From the NCBI GenBank assembly GCA_964575955.1, contig CAZNTG010000006.1, forward strand, positions 256,001 through 320,000: 64,000 bases of DNA, in the 5' to 3' direction. Made by a program: the position numbers and the translations under genes. The notes below the pieces were generated by a model, which searched no databases, was not told where the DNA came from, and was given only the letters and a program-made list of their open reading frames with translations. Of the stretch, positions 40,448 to 50,469 are shown in pieces. This stretch comes from an uncultured Thermoproteaceae archaeon. GTDB lineage: Archaea > Thermoproteota > Thermoprotei > Thermoproteales > Thermocladiaceae. The stretch's first letter is position 1, and each line of letters begins with the position of its first letter.

Positions 40448-40702
40448 GTGAACTCTGTGAAAGTTAAGTTAACGGCCATACATGATACAGATCTTGAGAA
40501 AGCTCTTATTAAATTGGAAGTATATGAGAATGTCTTGCAAGGCAAGTATAGGTGTTACGTTTGTGGTAAAGTCATAACAATTGATACTCTAGGTGCCTTC
40601 TTCAAAACGAGAGATGGTACATTACATTTTGTGTGTAATGATGTTAAATGCCTAACAACGATTATTGAAGTTATGAAGAAACTTTCACATGAACAAACGT
40701 AA
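40448..40702 (+). CDS. Small Zn-finger hypothetical protein
   Basis: AIHDTDL, CYVCGKVIT...FVCNDVKC. Confidence 0.65.
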   Translation: MNSVKVKLTAIHDTDLEKALIKLEVYENVLQGKYRCYVCGKVITIDTLGAFFKTRDGTLHFVCNDVKCLTTIIEVMKKLSHEQT

Positions 40703-41040
40703 CAGCTCTATTCTAACACCTCAAATATCGCTATGTATCTTGGTACTCGAGACTTCCCTTTGTAGTATCGTGCAAGATAAGAAATCTCTTCTACTAATTT
40801 CAAATTTTGCAACTCAGTTGTTAGTACTCTGATAAACTTTCTAACAATTCTTGTAATAACTTTACCTGCTGAGATTATGTAGATATGGTAAAGATTAGGA
40901 CACTTCTTTAGAGAGCTTTTTATAAAGTCTGTATACCATAAGCTCTCTTCAACTACATCATACCACTATATTTAAATCCTTGAACATCTATACATACTGT
41001 TACTAGGATAGATTTTACTTAAAATGTACTGCCTTCCGTT

Positions 41041-41089
41041 TCAGCTTCGGCAACGTTCATCAGTTGTCAGTTTCACGTGCCATCATCAT
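41041..41089 (-). ncRNA. C/D box guide sRNA
   Basis: Minus strand ATGATGA-tggcacgtgaaa-CTGA-caa-CTGATGA-acgttgccgaag-CTGA. Confidence 0.88.
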
Positions 41090-41135
41090 GTTGTGATATG
41101 TCATTTTCATAATTTTCTAATTGTTAAGTATTTTC

Positions 41136-41188
41136 TCTATACTTGTTATATATTCTCTTCATGGATCTGCTCGTGAGACATTCATCAT
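41136..41188 (-). ncRNA. Possible degenerate C/D box sRNA
   Basis: Minus strand ATGATGA-atgtctcacgag-CAGA-tcc-ATGAAGA, then AT-rich sequence without a canonical CTGA. Confidence 0.45.
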
Positions 41189-41227
41189 ATGTTCAGTTTC
41201 TATTTTTAAGGGTTATAAGTTGTTTAT

Positions 41228-41812
41228 ATGTTTTCTGTATGTATGTTAAATATTGAAGATATGGTTAGAGAGGTTTGTAAGATTCTTGAGAAGATTATTC
41301 CTAATCTTAAGACTAGTTATGAACGTTCTGTCATTAGTCTTATATGTAGATTTTTAGATTCTTCATATAGATGTTATACATGTAGTAGGTCTATACCTGT
41401 GTGTGCATATTCACTATTGAAGTTATGTATTGAGTTGATAATTCAGTTAAGATATTTCATGGAGAGATATGGTGTTGATAAGTTAGAACATTTTCTTAAA
41501 GATCTATCTAAGAGAGGTAGAAGAGGTTCTAGTTTTAGTATCAGGATGATTACTGATGCTAGAGGTATTGCTGGTAGAGTTAAGAGAGAGATATTGACGA
41601 CATATTTGAGAATTTGTGAAAATGTTCATCCTACTCTAACTCTCTTAATGTCATCTCAAAGATTTGAAGATTATATTGAAAATTTTAGAAAGACTGTTGA
41701 TATAATTCTGTACATGTTATTACTATGCTATGGATATCTACCTGATATATGTACTATATGTGAGAAGTATAGTCTTGAGAGATGTTATAAATATTGTTCT
41801 AGAAAGGGTTAA
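41228..41812 (+). CDS. Hypothetical protein
   Basis: 194-aa helical ORF ending in a Y..IC..VHP motif. Confidence 0.6.
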   Translation: MFSVCMLNIEDMVREVCKILEKIIPNLKTSYERSVISLICRFLDSSYRCYTCSRSIPVCAYSLLKLCIELIIQLRYFMERYGVDKLEHFLKDLSKRGRRGSSFSIRMITDARGIAGRVKREILTTYLRICENVHPTLTLLMSSQRFEDYIENFRKTVDIILYMLLLCYGYLPDICTICEKYSLERCYKYCSRKG

Positions 41813-42321
41813 CTTTTTCTAACTAATTCTGTACATATTTTTGTAATTTTATCACCTAGATAGTGTATATTTTTCAAAACCTTACCTTTCTGCATATTTT
41901 CAATCTCTCTCTTTGAGTATAGTGCTACTGTGACTGCGATAGTTCTATTTCTAAAATCTTTAACAGCTACTAGATCTCCTTTCTCGAATTCTCCAATAAT
42001 CTCCTTAATTCCTGGTCTCATAACATCTGCACCATTTAATATTCTTGGTACAGCTCCATCATCAACTTTAACATATGGGTATGATTCTTCAGTTATGTAG
42101 AATAATGTCACTAGTGGTATATATTTATCAACTTCATATTCATCAATCTTAATTTTCATTTTTGCAAATAGTGGTTTACCATCTACAACATATATAGTTA
42201 GCTTATCATCGATTTCACAAAGTTCTACAGATTCTGCATTTTCAAGAATCTTCCTAATGTTCTGATCAACTTCCCTCATAAGTGATTTAATATCCTTCTT
42301 ACTTAATAGATGTCTCTTCAT
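41809..42321 (-). CDS. PUA-domain RNA-binding protein (DUF1947 + PUA)
   Basis: RHLLSKKD, VDDGAVPRILNGADVMRPGI, HYLGD. Confidence 0.9.
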   Translation of the reverse strand: MKRHLLSKKDIKSLMREVDQNIRKILENAESVELCEIDDKLTIYVVDGKPLFAKMKIKIDEYEVDKYIPLVTLFYITEESYPYVKVDDGAVPRILNGADVMRPGIKEIIGEFEKGDLVAVKDFRNRTIAVTVALYSKREIENMQKGKVLKNIHYLGDKITKICTELVRKS

Positions 42322-42396
42322 TGCTAACTATAGTGTTAATTTGAGTACTTATTAAATTGTAGCAGAAAGTATTGAATATCCCCTCTAACACATATC

Positions 42397-42924
42397 TTGA
42401 TTGTGAATGATCGAGAGAGAATTATGGAGGTTATTTCTGAAATTGTTAAAGATAAGATATTGAAATTCTTAAAAAGATATTGTAAATGTGTTAAAGCTAG
42501 AGAAGATTATGGAGATATTCTTAATGAATCTTTCATAGAGAAGATTAATGAATCTTTAAGTAGTAGAAAAGATTTAGATTTAGGATTTTTAAAAATATTT
42601 TTTAAGAAGAAATTTCTTGGACATAAGATATGTGTTGAGTATAGAGGTAATTCTTACTGTAATGATGATGCTATGCTTATAATATCTAGACTTAGATCAA
42701 TATATGAATGGTATAAATCTGACTGTGATTTAAATAACATAATTGCAGATACCATAGAGAATAATGATTTTAACCTCATAACTTTTATTGAGAGAAATTT
42801 ACAAAATATTGAAAATATTTGTAAAGGTAGTGATACTACTCTAGATATGTCTATTCTAGATGATGCTGCTAAGATTGGAGTAGATAGAGCTATTAAAGAG
42901 TTTTGGAGAGGTAGTGAAATGTGA
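42397..42924 (+). CDS. Hypothetical protein
   Basis: 175-aa ORF whose stop overlaps the pyrH start. Confidence 0.55.
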   Translation: MIVNDRERIMEVISEIVKDKILKFLKRYCKCVKAREDYGDILNESFIEKINESLSSRKDLDLGFLKIFFKKKFLGHKICVEYRGNSYCNDDAMLIISRLRSIYEWYKSDCDLNNIIADTIENNDFNLITFIERNLQNIENICKGSDTTLDMSILDDAAKIGVDRAIKEFWRGSEM

Positions 42925-43601
42925 AGATTGTAATTAAGATTAGTGGTCATGTATTTGATAATGAAGATCTAGTATATAGATATGTGAAGACTCTAAACTT
43001 TGTAATAAAAGCATTGCCAAATTTAAGTATAGTTGCTGTATGTGGTGGTGGTTCAATTGCTAGAAGATATGTAAATATTGTTAGGAGATGTACAGGTAAT
43101 GAATCTAAATGTGATCTTGTAGGTATTAGTGTCAGTAGATTAAATGCTCTTACCATGGCCTTATCAGTATTAGATTCCTGTCCTACAATTCCAAGAAATA
43201 TTGATGAACTTCTAGAACTATCATCTAGGTATAGAGTAGTATTTTGTGGAGGTTTTCAACCAGGTCAATCAACAGCTACTGTTACTATGATTATTGCTGA
43301 GAGTCTAGGTGTTAGAGATGTTATACTATTCTCAAATATAGATGCTGTATATGATAAAGATCCTAGAAAATATCCAGATGCTAAGAAGCTGGAGAGGGTA
43401 ACTTTAGAAGAGTTGAAGAGCATACTATCTAGAGACGTTGAAGCTAGTGCAGGAACATATCCACTACTAGATGTATGGGCTATAGAGATCGCTAAAAGAG
43501 CTAGATTAAACATATACTTAGTAGATTGTAAACAACCTGAAAAGCTGATAGACATACTTACTAGAAAATCAGGATACGGAACACTTATAGTTCCAGAATA
43601 G
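42921..43601 (+). CDS. pyrH: UMP kinase
   Basis: VIKISG, VCGGGSIARRY, GGFQPGQST, YDKDPRK. Confidence 0.93.
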   Translation: MKIVIKISGHVFDNEDLVYRYVKTLNFVIKALPNLSIVAVCGGGSIARRYVNIVRRCTGNESKCDLVGISVSRLNALTMALSVLDSCPTIPRNIDELLELSSRYRVVFCGGFQPGQSTATVTMIIAESLGVRDVILFSNIDAVYDKDPRKYPDAKKLERVTLEELKSILSRDVEASAGTYPLLDVWAIEIAKRARLNIYLVDCKQPEKLIDILTRKSGYGTLIVPE

Positions 43602-43610
43602 GTAAAATAC

Positions 43611-44525
43611 TTGTTGAAGATTGATATTTCAAACATAGTCAATAGAATTAGAATTAAGATAACAGATAGATGTAACTATAGATGCTTTTTCTGCCATGGT
43701 GAAGGATCTATAGATTTTAGAAAAGAACTTAATAAGGAAGATATAGAGTTTGTATTAAAAATATTTAGAAATCTAGGTGTTAGAAGATTGAAAATTACAG
43801 GAGGTGAGCCATTACTTAGAGAAGATATTGTATACATAGTCAGGAAGGCTAAAGAGATAGGGTATGAAGATATTTCATTAACAACAAATGGATTACTATT
43901 AGATAAGTACATGTATGATCTCTATAAAGCTGGACTTGATAGAATTGACATATCTCTACATACATTAAACTGTGATAAATATATAAAAATTACAGGTACC
44001 TGTAGAGAATATTTCTATAAAGTTGTTAGTAATATAGAAGAGATATCTAATATAAACTTTAAGCAGGTAAAGATAAATATGTTAGTTACAAGTATAAATG
44101 TTGAAGATATTTTAGATATGTTAAAATTTGCTAAGAAGATTGGAGCTACATTACAACTTATTGAATATATGCCAATTGGTAGAGGAATAGCATATTTTAA
44201 AAAATATTACATACCTCTAAAATCTATCTATTACACACTATCTAGAAGAGCTAAATTTATAACATTTAGAAGAGATATTCATAATAGACCAATACTTAAC
44301 ATTGATGATGTATATGTAGAGTTTGTGATGGGTTTTAGAAATCCTGATTTCTGTAGTGGTTGTAGACAGTTAAGATTAACTTCTGATGGTAGACTTAGAT
44401 ATTGCATTTATAGGAATGATGAAGAAGATCTATATAATTTGATAAAGTCTAGAGATGTTCATGGTGTTGTTGATAGAATTTTGAAATTGTTAAGTAGGAA
44501 GAGTCCAATGTTTTCTAAGTTATAA
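43611..44525 (+). CDS. moaA: GTP 3',8-cyclase
   Basis: CNYRCFFCH radical-SAM motif, TGGEPL, FCSGCRQLRLTSDG...C. Confidence 0.92.
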   Translation: MLKIDISNIVNRIRIKITDRCNYRCFFCHGEGSIDFRKELNKEDIEFVLKIFRNLGVRRLKITGGEPLLREDIVYIVRKAKEIGYEDISLTTNGLLLDKYMYDLYKAGLDRIDISLHTLNCDKYIKITGTCREYFYKVVSNIEEISNINFKQVKINMLVTSINVEDILDMLKFAKKIGATLQLIEYMPIGRGIAYFKKYYIPLKSIYYTLSRRAKFITFRRDIHNRPILNIDDVYVEFVMGFRNPDFCSGCRQLRLTSDGRLRYCIYRNDEEDLYNLIKSRDVHGVVDRILKLLSRKSPMFSKL

Positions 44526-45588
44526 TTTCAGGCATTAGTTTAACTAAGGTTTCTGCTATTAATACTGTATTACCTGCAGCTCCACGTATAGTGTTGTGTC
44601 CTAGTACTATGTATGCTATTGTTTTCTCATCAATCTTTCTAATTCTACCAACAACAACGCTCATACCTCTACCTTCCTTTCTATCAAGTCTAGGTTGAGG
44701 TCTATCAATTTCTCTTCTAATAACTATGGTCTTTTCAGGACTTGTTGGAAGATTTAGACTACTAATCTTATTATACTTATTGAACGTCTCAAATGCTTCT
44801 AAGATATCTTTCTCATCTACATCTCTTTCAAGCTCTACATATACTGACTCTAGATGACCATCAATTACGGGTACTCTAGTAGTTGTTGCATATATCTTAA
44901 AGTCAGCCCATCTAACTTCATCTCCAACAAATTCTCCAAGTATCTTTCTACTCTCTGTCTGTACCTTCTCCTCCTCCTTCTTTATGTATGGTATTATGTT
45001 GTCTATTATTGTAACTCCAGGTACTGCATCAGCTCCAAGTCCTGCACCTGATACTGCCTGCATTGTTGTTACATATATCTTCTTTATTTTTGCTAAATCA
45101 TGTATTGGTTTTAAGCTTAATGTTAATATTATTGTTGTACAATTTGCATTTTTTATAAGAAGACCTTGCCAATTTCTTCTCTTCTTCTGTACTTTTAATA
45201 GTTCTAGATGATCTGCATTAATTTCAGGAACTACAAGTGGAACGTCAGGATCTAGCCTATTATTACTTGCATTTGACACAACTATATGACCTCTCTTAAC
45301 AAGTTCAATCTCTAATTTCTCAGCTACATCTGATGGAAGTGCTGAAAATACTAGATCAACTTTGGGTATCTTATCAGGATCTGGAGGTAGAAGTTCCATA
45401 TCAGCAATATCTTCAGGTAGTGGATCTTCTATTACCCATTTAACAACATCTCTATACTTCCTACCTGCACTTTTCTCTGAAGCTACTAGACATGTAAGTT
45501 CAAACATTGGATGATTATGTAGTAATGTTATGAATCTCTGACCTACAAGTCCTGTTGCTCCTAGTAGTGCAACTTTAAGTTTATCCAT
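44515..45588 (-). CDS. asd: Aspartate-semialdehyde dehydrogenase
   Basis: GATGLVGQ, NANCTT, QAVSGAG, GHNTIRGAAG. Confidence 0.96.
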   Translation of the reverse strand: MDKLKVALLGATGLVGQRFITLLHNHPMFELTCLVASEKSAGRKYRDVVKWVIEDPLPEDIADMELLPPDPDKIPKVDLVFSALPSDVAEKLEIELVKRGHIVVSNASNNRLDPDVPLVVPEINADHLELLKVQKKRRNWQGLLIKNANCTTIILTLSLKPIHDLAKIKKIYVTTMQAVSGAGLGADAVPGVTIIDNIIPYIKKEEEKVQTESRKILGEFVGDEVRWADFKIYATTTRVPVIDGHLESVYVELERDVDEKDILEAFETFNKYNKISSLNLPTSPEKTIVIRREIDRPQPRLDRKEGRGMSVVVGRIRKIDEKTIAYIVLGHNTIRGAAGNTVLIAETLVKLMPEIIT

Positions 45589-45755
45589 TATTCAGGTTTG
45601 ACTATATCTACCTTATACACATTATCTCTAGAATCTCACTGTTCAGAAAAGTTGTATAAACATCAAAAATATTCGTCAATGGCAGTAGTAGATTATTTGT
45701 AAATATTAGAGAAGTATCGCTATAGCTTAATATTTTAACTATCGGAAGTATTAAT

Positions 45756-47723
45756 GTGACTATAAGAGTAGAGACTAGACATTTAGAGTATTATGGAAAA
45801 ATTGTGAAGATTGAAGTACCTAAGTATGGATATAGATGGCAGGGACAGGTTGAGGTTGATGTTGAGGGTTATGGTAGAGTTAATCTTGTAATGATGGGAA
45901 ATATAGCACAATGGCTCATACCTGGTGAGAAAGTTAGACTTGTAATGCTTAGTGAACCTAAATCTATAGGTAATTTAAATATTCTAGACTACACAGACTA
46001 TGAACTATACAGATTCTATGGTAAATCTATGGTGAAGGTATGGCCTGTATTTCGGAAAATTGTTGAACATCCTAGATATGATCCATTAACAGGAAAGTTA
46101 TTATATAAGTATAGGATTCTTGCACGTGAAGCATTGACAGAAGATGATTACATATCTATAGTAGAGTTAGAACAGTATCACTATGCCTCTGAAGAGGAGA
46201 TTGTAGCTATCTGGAGATGTCCTAACTGTGGTAAATATTATGAAGCTAATGTACAGCCAAAATGTACAAACTGTTCAACAGCTTGCAAACTTGTAGAGAT
46301 TAGAGGTTCATTACCATCATCGAGATTTCTAGTTTTAGAACTTCTAGATAGAGAACCTTATGAACCTAGAATTGTAGGTTATGTTAGAGTTGATACACCA
46401 ATACCACTGATGTCTAGAAGAGTAGTTAAGGAAGATGGTACTGTAATTATTGAGAGATTTATACGTGAGAAAGTTTTTCCAAAAACTTGGTTTCACCCAA
46501 CATTTTGGCCACAGGCATATGTTAAGAGAAGAGAACTATTTATGAAGTATAGAGAGTTAGCATCGATCTATGGTAGGAGAGTTGCTAAAGCAATGGTTGG
46601 AGATATATTAAGACAAATGTTACATAGATGTAACACTGCTGCTGCTAGAATTGCGAGAGTTGTAATACATCCTGACTATAGAGGTGATGGTCTTGGAGTT
46701 TTAGCTGTGAAACTTGCAGTTGAGTGGATACGTGAACGTAGAATTCCTGAGATGAAGAAGCAGAAACATCTTGTTGAGGTTATAGCACAGATGGCTAGGT
46801 ATAACCCGTTTTTTGAAAAAGCGGGATTCGTATACCTCTGGGATACGGCAAGTGGTAGACCAGTACTATACTACCCACTTACAGAGAAAGCTAGGAAGAT
46901 AATTGAAGAATTTTTGAAAAATGATGAATATGCTAGAAAGCATGGCGGTAGATTATACAAGCCTAGATATACAAGTTCTGAACCGTTAAGAGGATCTATA
47001 ATATTTAAATCTGTAACAAAAACTTATAGAAGTACTCTAGACTTATCAAATCTTAAGAAAGAACTTCAAGATGTTTTAAAAGCTTTTGGAGTTGATAGAA
47101 GAATTGTTGAGAGAACAGTACTTAGAGATGTGAATGTTGAAATAAAGCCAGGAGAGATTGTAGTTCTTGTTGGAGCTTCAGGTGCTGGTAAGACAACATT
47201 TCTAAGGTTAATACTTGGAAAAGCTCTAGGTGAGACTGATGAGAAGTATAGAGTAACTGAAGGTGAGATACAGATACCTGAAAATGTTAAAGTTGCAGCA
47301 TTAATACCTGGAGAGTATGAACCAACGTTTAGAGATGAGAGTCTTCTAGAACATGTATTTCAAAAACTTGGTGATATATATGCAGCTATAGAAGTATTAA
47401 ATATCTGTGGACTATCTGATGCTGTACTTTATAGAGCAAGATTTTCAGAATTATCAACAGGACAGAAAGAGAGAGCTAAGATAGCTAGTCTACTTGCAGA
47501 AAAACCAAATCTACTACTCATAGATGAATTTACAGCACATCTAGACACGTTGACGGCTATTAGAGTTGCTAGAAAACTTGCAGAAGTTGTTAGAAAATTC
47601 AAAATAACGTTGATAGTTGCTACAAATCGTAAAGAAGTTATTGATGCATTAAATCCTGATAAGATAATATATATTGGTTATGGAACTGCAAAAGTTGTTG
47701 AACAGAGACATTCATCTTCTTAA
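45756..47723 (+). CDS. GNAT acetyltransferase / Zn-ribbon / ABC-ATPase fusion (COG2401-like)
   Basis: LEQYHY, CPNC...CTNC, IARVVIHPDYRGDGLG, YNPFFEKAGF, GASGAGKT, LSTGQ, LLIDEF. Confidence 0.88.
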   Translation: MTIRVETRHLEYYGKIVKIEVPKYGYRWQGQVEVDVEGYGRVNLVMMGNIAQWLIPGEKVRLVMLSEPKSIGNLNILDYTDYELYRFYGKSMVKVWPVFRKIVEHPRYDPLTGKLLYKYRILAREALTEDDYISIVELEQYHYASEEEIVAIWRCPNCGKYYEANVQPKCTNCSTACKLVEIRGSLPSSRFLVLELLDREPYEPRIVGYVRVDTPIPLMSRRVVKEDGTVIIERFIREKVFPKTWFHPTFWPQAYVKRRELFMKYRELASIYGRRVAKAMVGDILRQMLHRCNTAAARIARVVIHPDYRGDGLGVLAVKLAVEWIRERRIPEMKKQKHLVEVIAQMARYNPFFEKAGFVYLWDTASGRPVLYYPLTEKARKIIEEFLKNDEYARKHGGRLYKPRYTSSEPLRGSIIFKSVTKTYRSTLDLSNLKKELQDVLKAFGVDRRIVERTVLRDVNVEIKPGEIVVLVGASGAGKTTFLRLILGKALGETDEKYRVTEGEIQIPENVKVAALIPGEYEPTFRDESLLEHVFQKLGDIYAAIEVLNICGLSDAVLYRARFSELSTGQKERAKIASLLAEKPNLLLIDEFTAHLDTLTAIRVARKLAEVVRKFKITLIVATNRKEVIDALNPDKIIYIGYGTAKVVEQRHSSS

Positions 47724-49082
47724 GAATTCTCTCTCCTTCTCAACTATATCTACATTTATTGGATAGTGACCGGTAAAACATGCCATACATAACTCATCTT
47801 CTCTCTTACCAATTGCTCTTTCTAACATCTTTGTACATATGTATTTTAGAGAATCTGCACATATTAATCTACACACTTCCTGTATTGTTCTTCCATGAGC
47901 TATCAATTCCTCCCTACTTGGGAAGTCTATACCCATAAAACATGGATATCTAATTGGTGGACTTGCAATTCTAACATGAACATGTTTAGCACCACTCCTC
48001 TTCAATGTATTTACAAGATTTCTCATTGTTGTACCTCTAACAAGTGAGTCATCTACAAGTGCTATACTTCTATTCTCTATGACAGACTTCACAATTCCAA
48101 ATTTAGCAATTAGAGATCTAAACTCTTTAGGCATTATAAAGCTTCTACCAACATATCTAACCTTTACTAGAGCATCTTCAATAGGTTTACCAAGTTTTTG
48201 TGAATATCCATAAGATGCTATTCTACCTGTTTCAGGTATTGGAACTACAACATCTATATCCCTGTCTTCAAGACTTGCTAAGAATTCTCCCATTCTCTTC
48301 CTTGCCTCATATATAGATACACCATTAAACACTGTGTCAGGTCTTGCAAAGTAGACATATTCAAAAGCACAGTAAGCTCTCCTATCAACATCTATACCAA
48401 TATTATGAATTTCAAAATCATTATCATGCACTAGAATTATTTGTCCAGGTTCAACTTCTCTAAACTTATTACTAATTAATGTAGATATTGCACAACTTTC
48501 TGAACATGCTATAAATTTATCTTCAATAAATGTATATGATAGTGGTTTAAAACCATATGGATCTCTAGCAATTATAAGCTTATCATTTATCATTAATGCA
48601 ATTGAGTAAGATCCAGAGACTTTCATTAATGCTCTTCTAACACCTTCAACAACATCTCCATTACAATTCTTTAATTCTCTATGAATTTGCTTTATAAGTA
48701 CTTCAGTATCAGTTTCTGTATTAAAGTTGTATATATTTTTTAACTCCTTTCTCAACTCTCTATAGTTTACTATAGTTCCGTTAAATGCAAGTGCTATCTC
48801 TAAATCTCCATCCTTTATATAGAATGGGTGTAGTTCTTCTATATTTTTCATATATGTTCCTGTTGTTGAATATCTCACATGTCCTATAGCTAGTCTAGCC
48901 TTAGCATCTATATCAGGTATTGCGCTTGTAACTAGTCCAAAGTTTTTCACTATCTTAATACCATCATCAGATAACCATGCAATTCCTGCACCTTCCTGAC
49001 CTCTATGCTGTATCTGTATAAGCATTAGCTTAACTATAGATAGCGAATCGAAAAATCCTGAACATGCAACTATACCACACAT
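47712..49082 (-). CDS. purF: Amidophosphoribosyltransferase
   Basis: N-terminal MCGI, QHRGQ, GHVRYST, FEYVYFARPD, VDDSLVRGTT. Confidence 0.95.
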   Translation of the reverse strand: MCGIVACSGFFDSLSIVKLMLIQIQHRGQEGAGIAWLSDDGIKIVKNFGLVTSAIPDIDAKARLAIGHVRYSTTGTYMKNIEELHPFYIKDGDLEIALAFNGTIVNYRELRKELKNIYNFNTETDTEVLIKQIHRELKNCNGDVVEGVRRALMKVSGSYSIALMINDKLIIARDPYGFKPLSYTFIEDKFIACSESCAISTLISNKFREVEPGQIILVHDNDFEIHNIGIDVDRRAYCAFEYVYFARPDTVFNGVSIYEARKRMGEFLASLEDRDIDVVVPIPETGRIASYGYSQKLGKPIEDALVKVRYVGRSFIMPKEFRSLIAKFGIVKSVIENRSIALVDDSLVRGTTMRNLVNTLKRSGAKHVHVRIASPPIRYPCFMGIDFPSREELIAHGRTIQEVCRLICADSLKYICTKMLERAIGKREDELCMACFTGHYPINVDIVEKEREFLRR

Positions 49083-49185
49083 TTTTGATATGTACTATTT
49101 ACAGGAAGTTTTAAATATGCCGAATATCTAGAAATGTCTATTCAAGGTATAGTGTTTAAATACTTCATTTAATGTTGTGTGAGAC

Positions 49186-50469
49186 ATGAGTGGCATATTT
49201 GCCATATATGCATTTGATGAAGTTTGGAAAATAGCTAAAATACTATACTACGGCATTCTATCACTAAACCATAGAGGACAATCTGAGAGTGGTATGGTTA
49301 TTGGTCCACAGTTGAGATTTATGATTAGTGGTGGAGATGTTGAAAAGTCTTACAATGTTGAAGAACTTGTAGATCTTGAAGGTTGGTATGGTATTGGATG
49401 GGTTAACTCTCCAGTAGTTAGTAAGAAAAACTATACAACAATAAATGTAGATGGAAAGAAGTTTAGTATTATCTCTTACACACCTATTAGAGATATTGAA
49501 GATAGACTATATAACTGTCTTAAATATTGTATGGAAGATATATCTAAAGGTTTAGAATATCTAAATAAGCTATGTATAGAAATTAGAAGACCAATAACAT
49601 TTGTAGCAATTAATGATAATGAAGAGATGTATGTATATAGAGATGTTAGTGGTTTAAAACCTCTACAAATTGGATCTTACGGTTTTGATCTTGCATTAAT
49701 ATCTAGTGAATCATGTGCATTAGAGTGTGTTGGTGGTGATTATAGATGTGACATATCTCCAGGATGTTTAATAAAAATTGATAAGTATGGTATTGATAGA
49801 GTTGAGAGTGGTAACATATCTAGAGTATGTGCATTAGAATTCATATACTACTCAAGACTTGACAGTATTGTGGAAGGTGTCTCAATTTACAGATTTAGGA
49901 GAGAACTTGCTAAGATATTAGCTGAGAAGTATAGATTTGATAATATTGATATTGTTGTTGGTATTCCAGAGACAGGTATTGTATATGCTTCAGAATTTTC
50001 AAAATTTGCAAATATTGAATTTTCTATAGGATTTGTACAGACAGGACGTAGAGTTAGATCAGCACTTATTGAAGATATTCTTGAAAGACTTATAGGTGTT
50101 CAACTTAAGATGAGTCCTATAAGGTACGTACTTTCTGGTAAAAATATACTATTGATAGATGATAGTCTTCTTAAAGGTGTAACATTGAGAAGTATTGTAC
50201 AATATCTACGTAATAGAGTAGGTGTTGGCCATATACATGCATTAATTATGTCTCCAATGATAGTTAGATCATGTCCATACTATATGGAGATACCTCCTGA
50301 AAATGAGCTTATATGTGCAAATATTTCGAAGAGCGAGCTTGCAGATGTTCTAGGTCTAGATTCTATACATTTTGCAGATCTTGAAGATCTATATAGAGCT
50401 TTTGAAAATGTTGGTATTGATAGAGAAAGAATATGTACCTACTGTATGGGTGGTAGATTAGCATGGTAG
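49186..50469 (+). CDS. PurF paralogue lacking catalytic Cys1
   Basis: MSGIF start, NHRGQ, LEFIYYSRLDS, IDDSLLKGVT, C-terminal CTYC. Confidence 0.85.
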   Translation: MSGIFAIYAFDEVWKIAKILYYGILSLNHRGQSESGMVIGPQLRFMISGGDVEKSYNVEELVDLEGWYGIGWVNSPVVSKKNYTTINVDGKKFSIISYTPIRDIEDRLYNCLKYCMEDISKGLEYLNKLCIEIRRPITFVAINDNEEMYVYRDVSGLKPLQIGSYGFDLALISSESCALECVGGDYRCDISPGCLIKIDKYGIDRVESGNISRVCALEFIYYSRLDSIVEGVSIYRFRRELAKILAEKYRFDNIDIVVGIPETGIVYASEFSKFANIEFSIGFVQTGRRVRSALIEDILERLIGVQLKMSPIRYVLSGKNILLIDDSLLKGVTLRSIVQYLRNRVGVGHIHALIMSPMIVRSCPYYMEIPPENELICANISKSELADVLGLDSIHFADLEDLYRAFENVGIDRERICTYCMGGRLAW

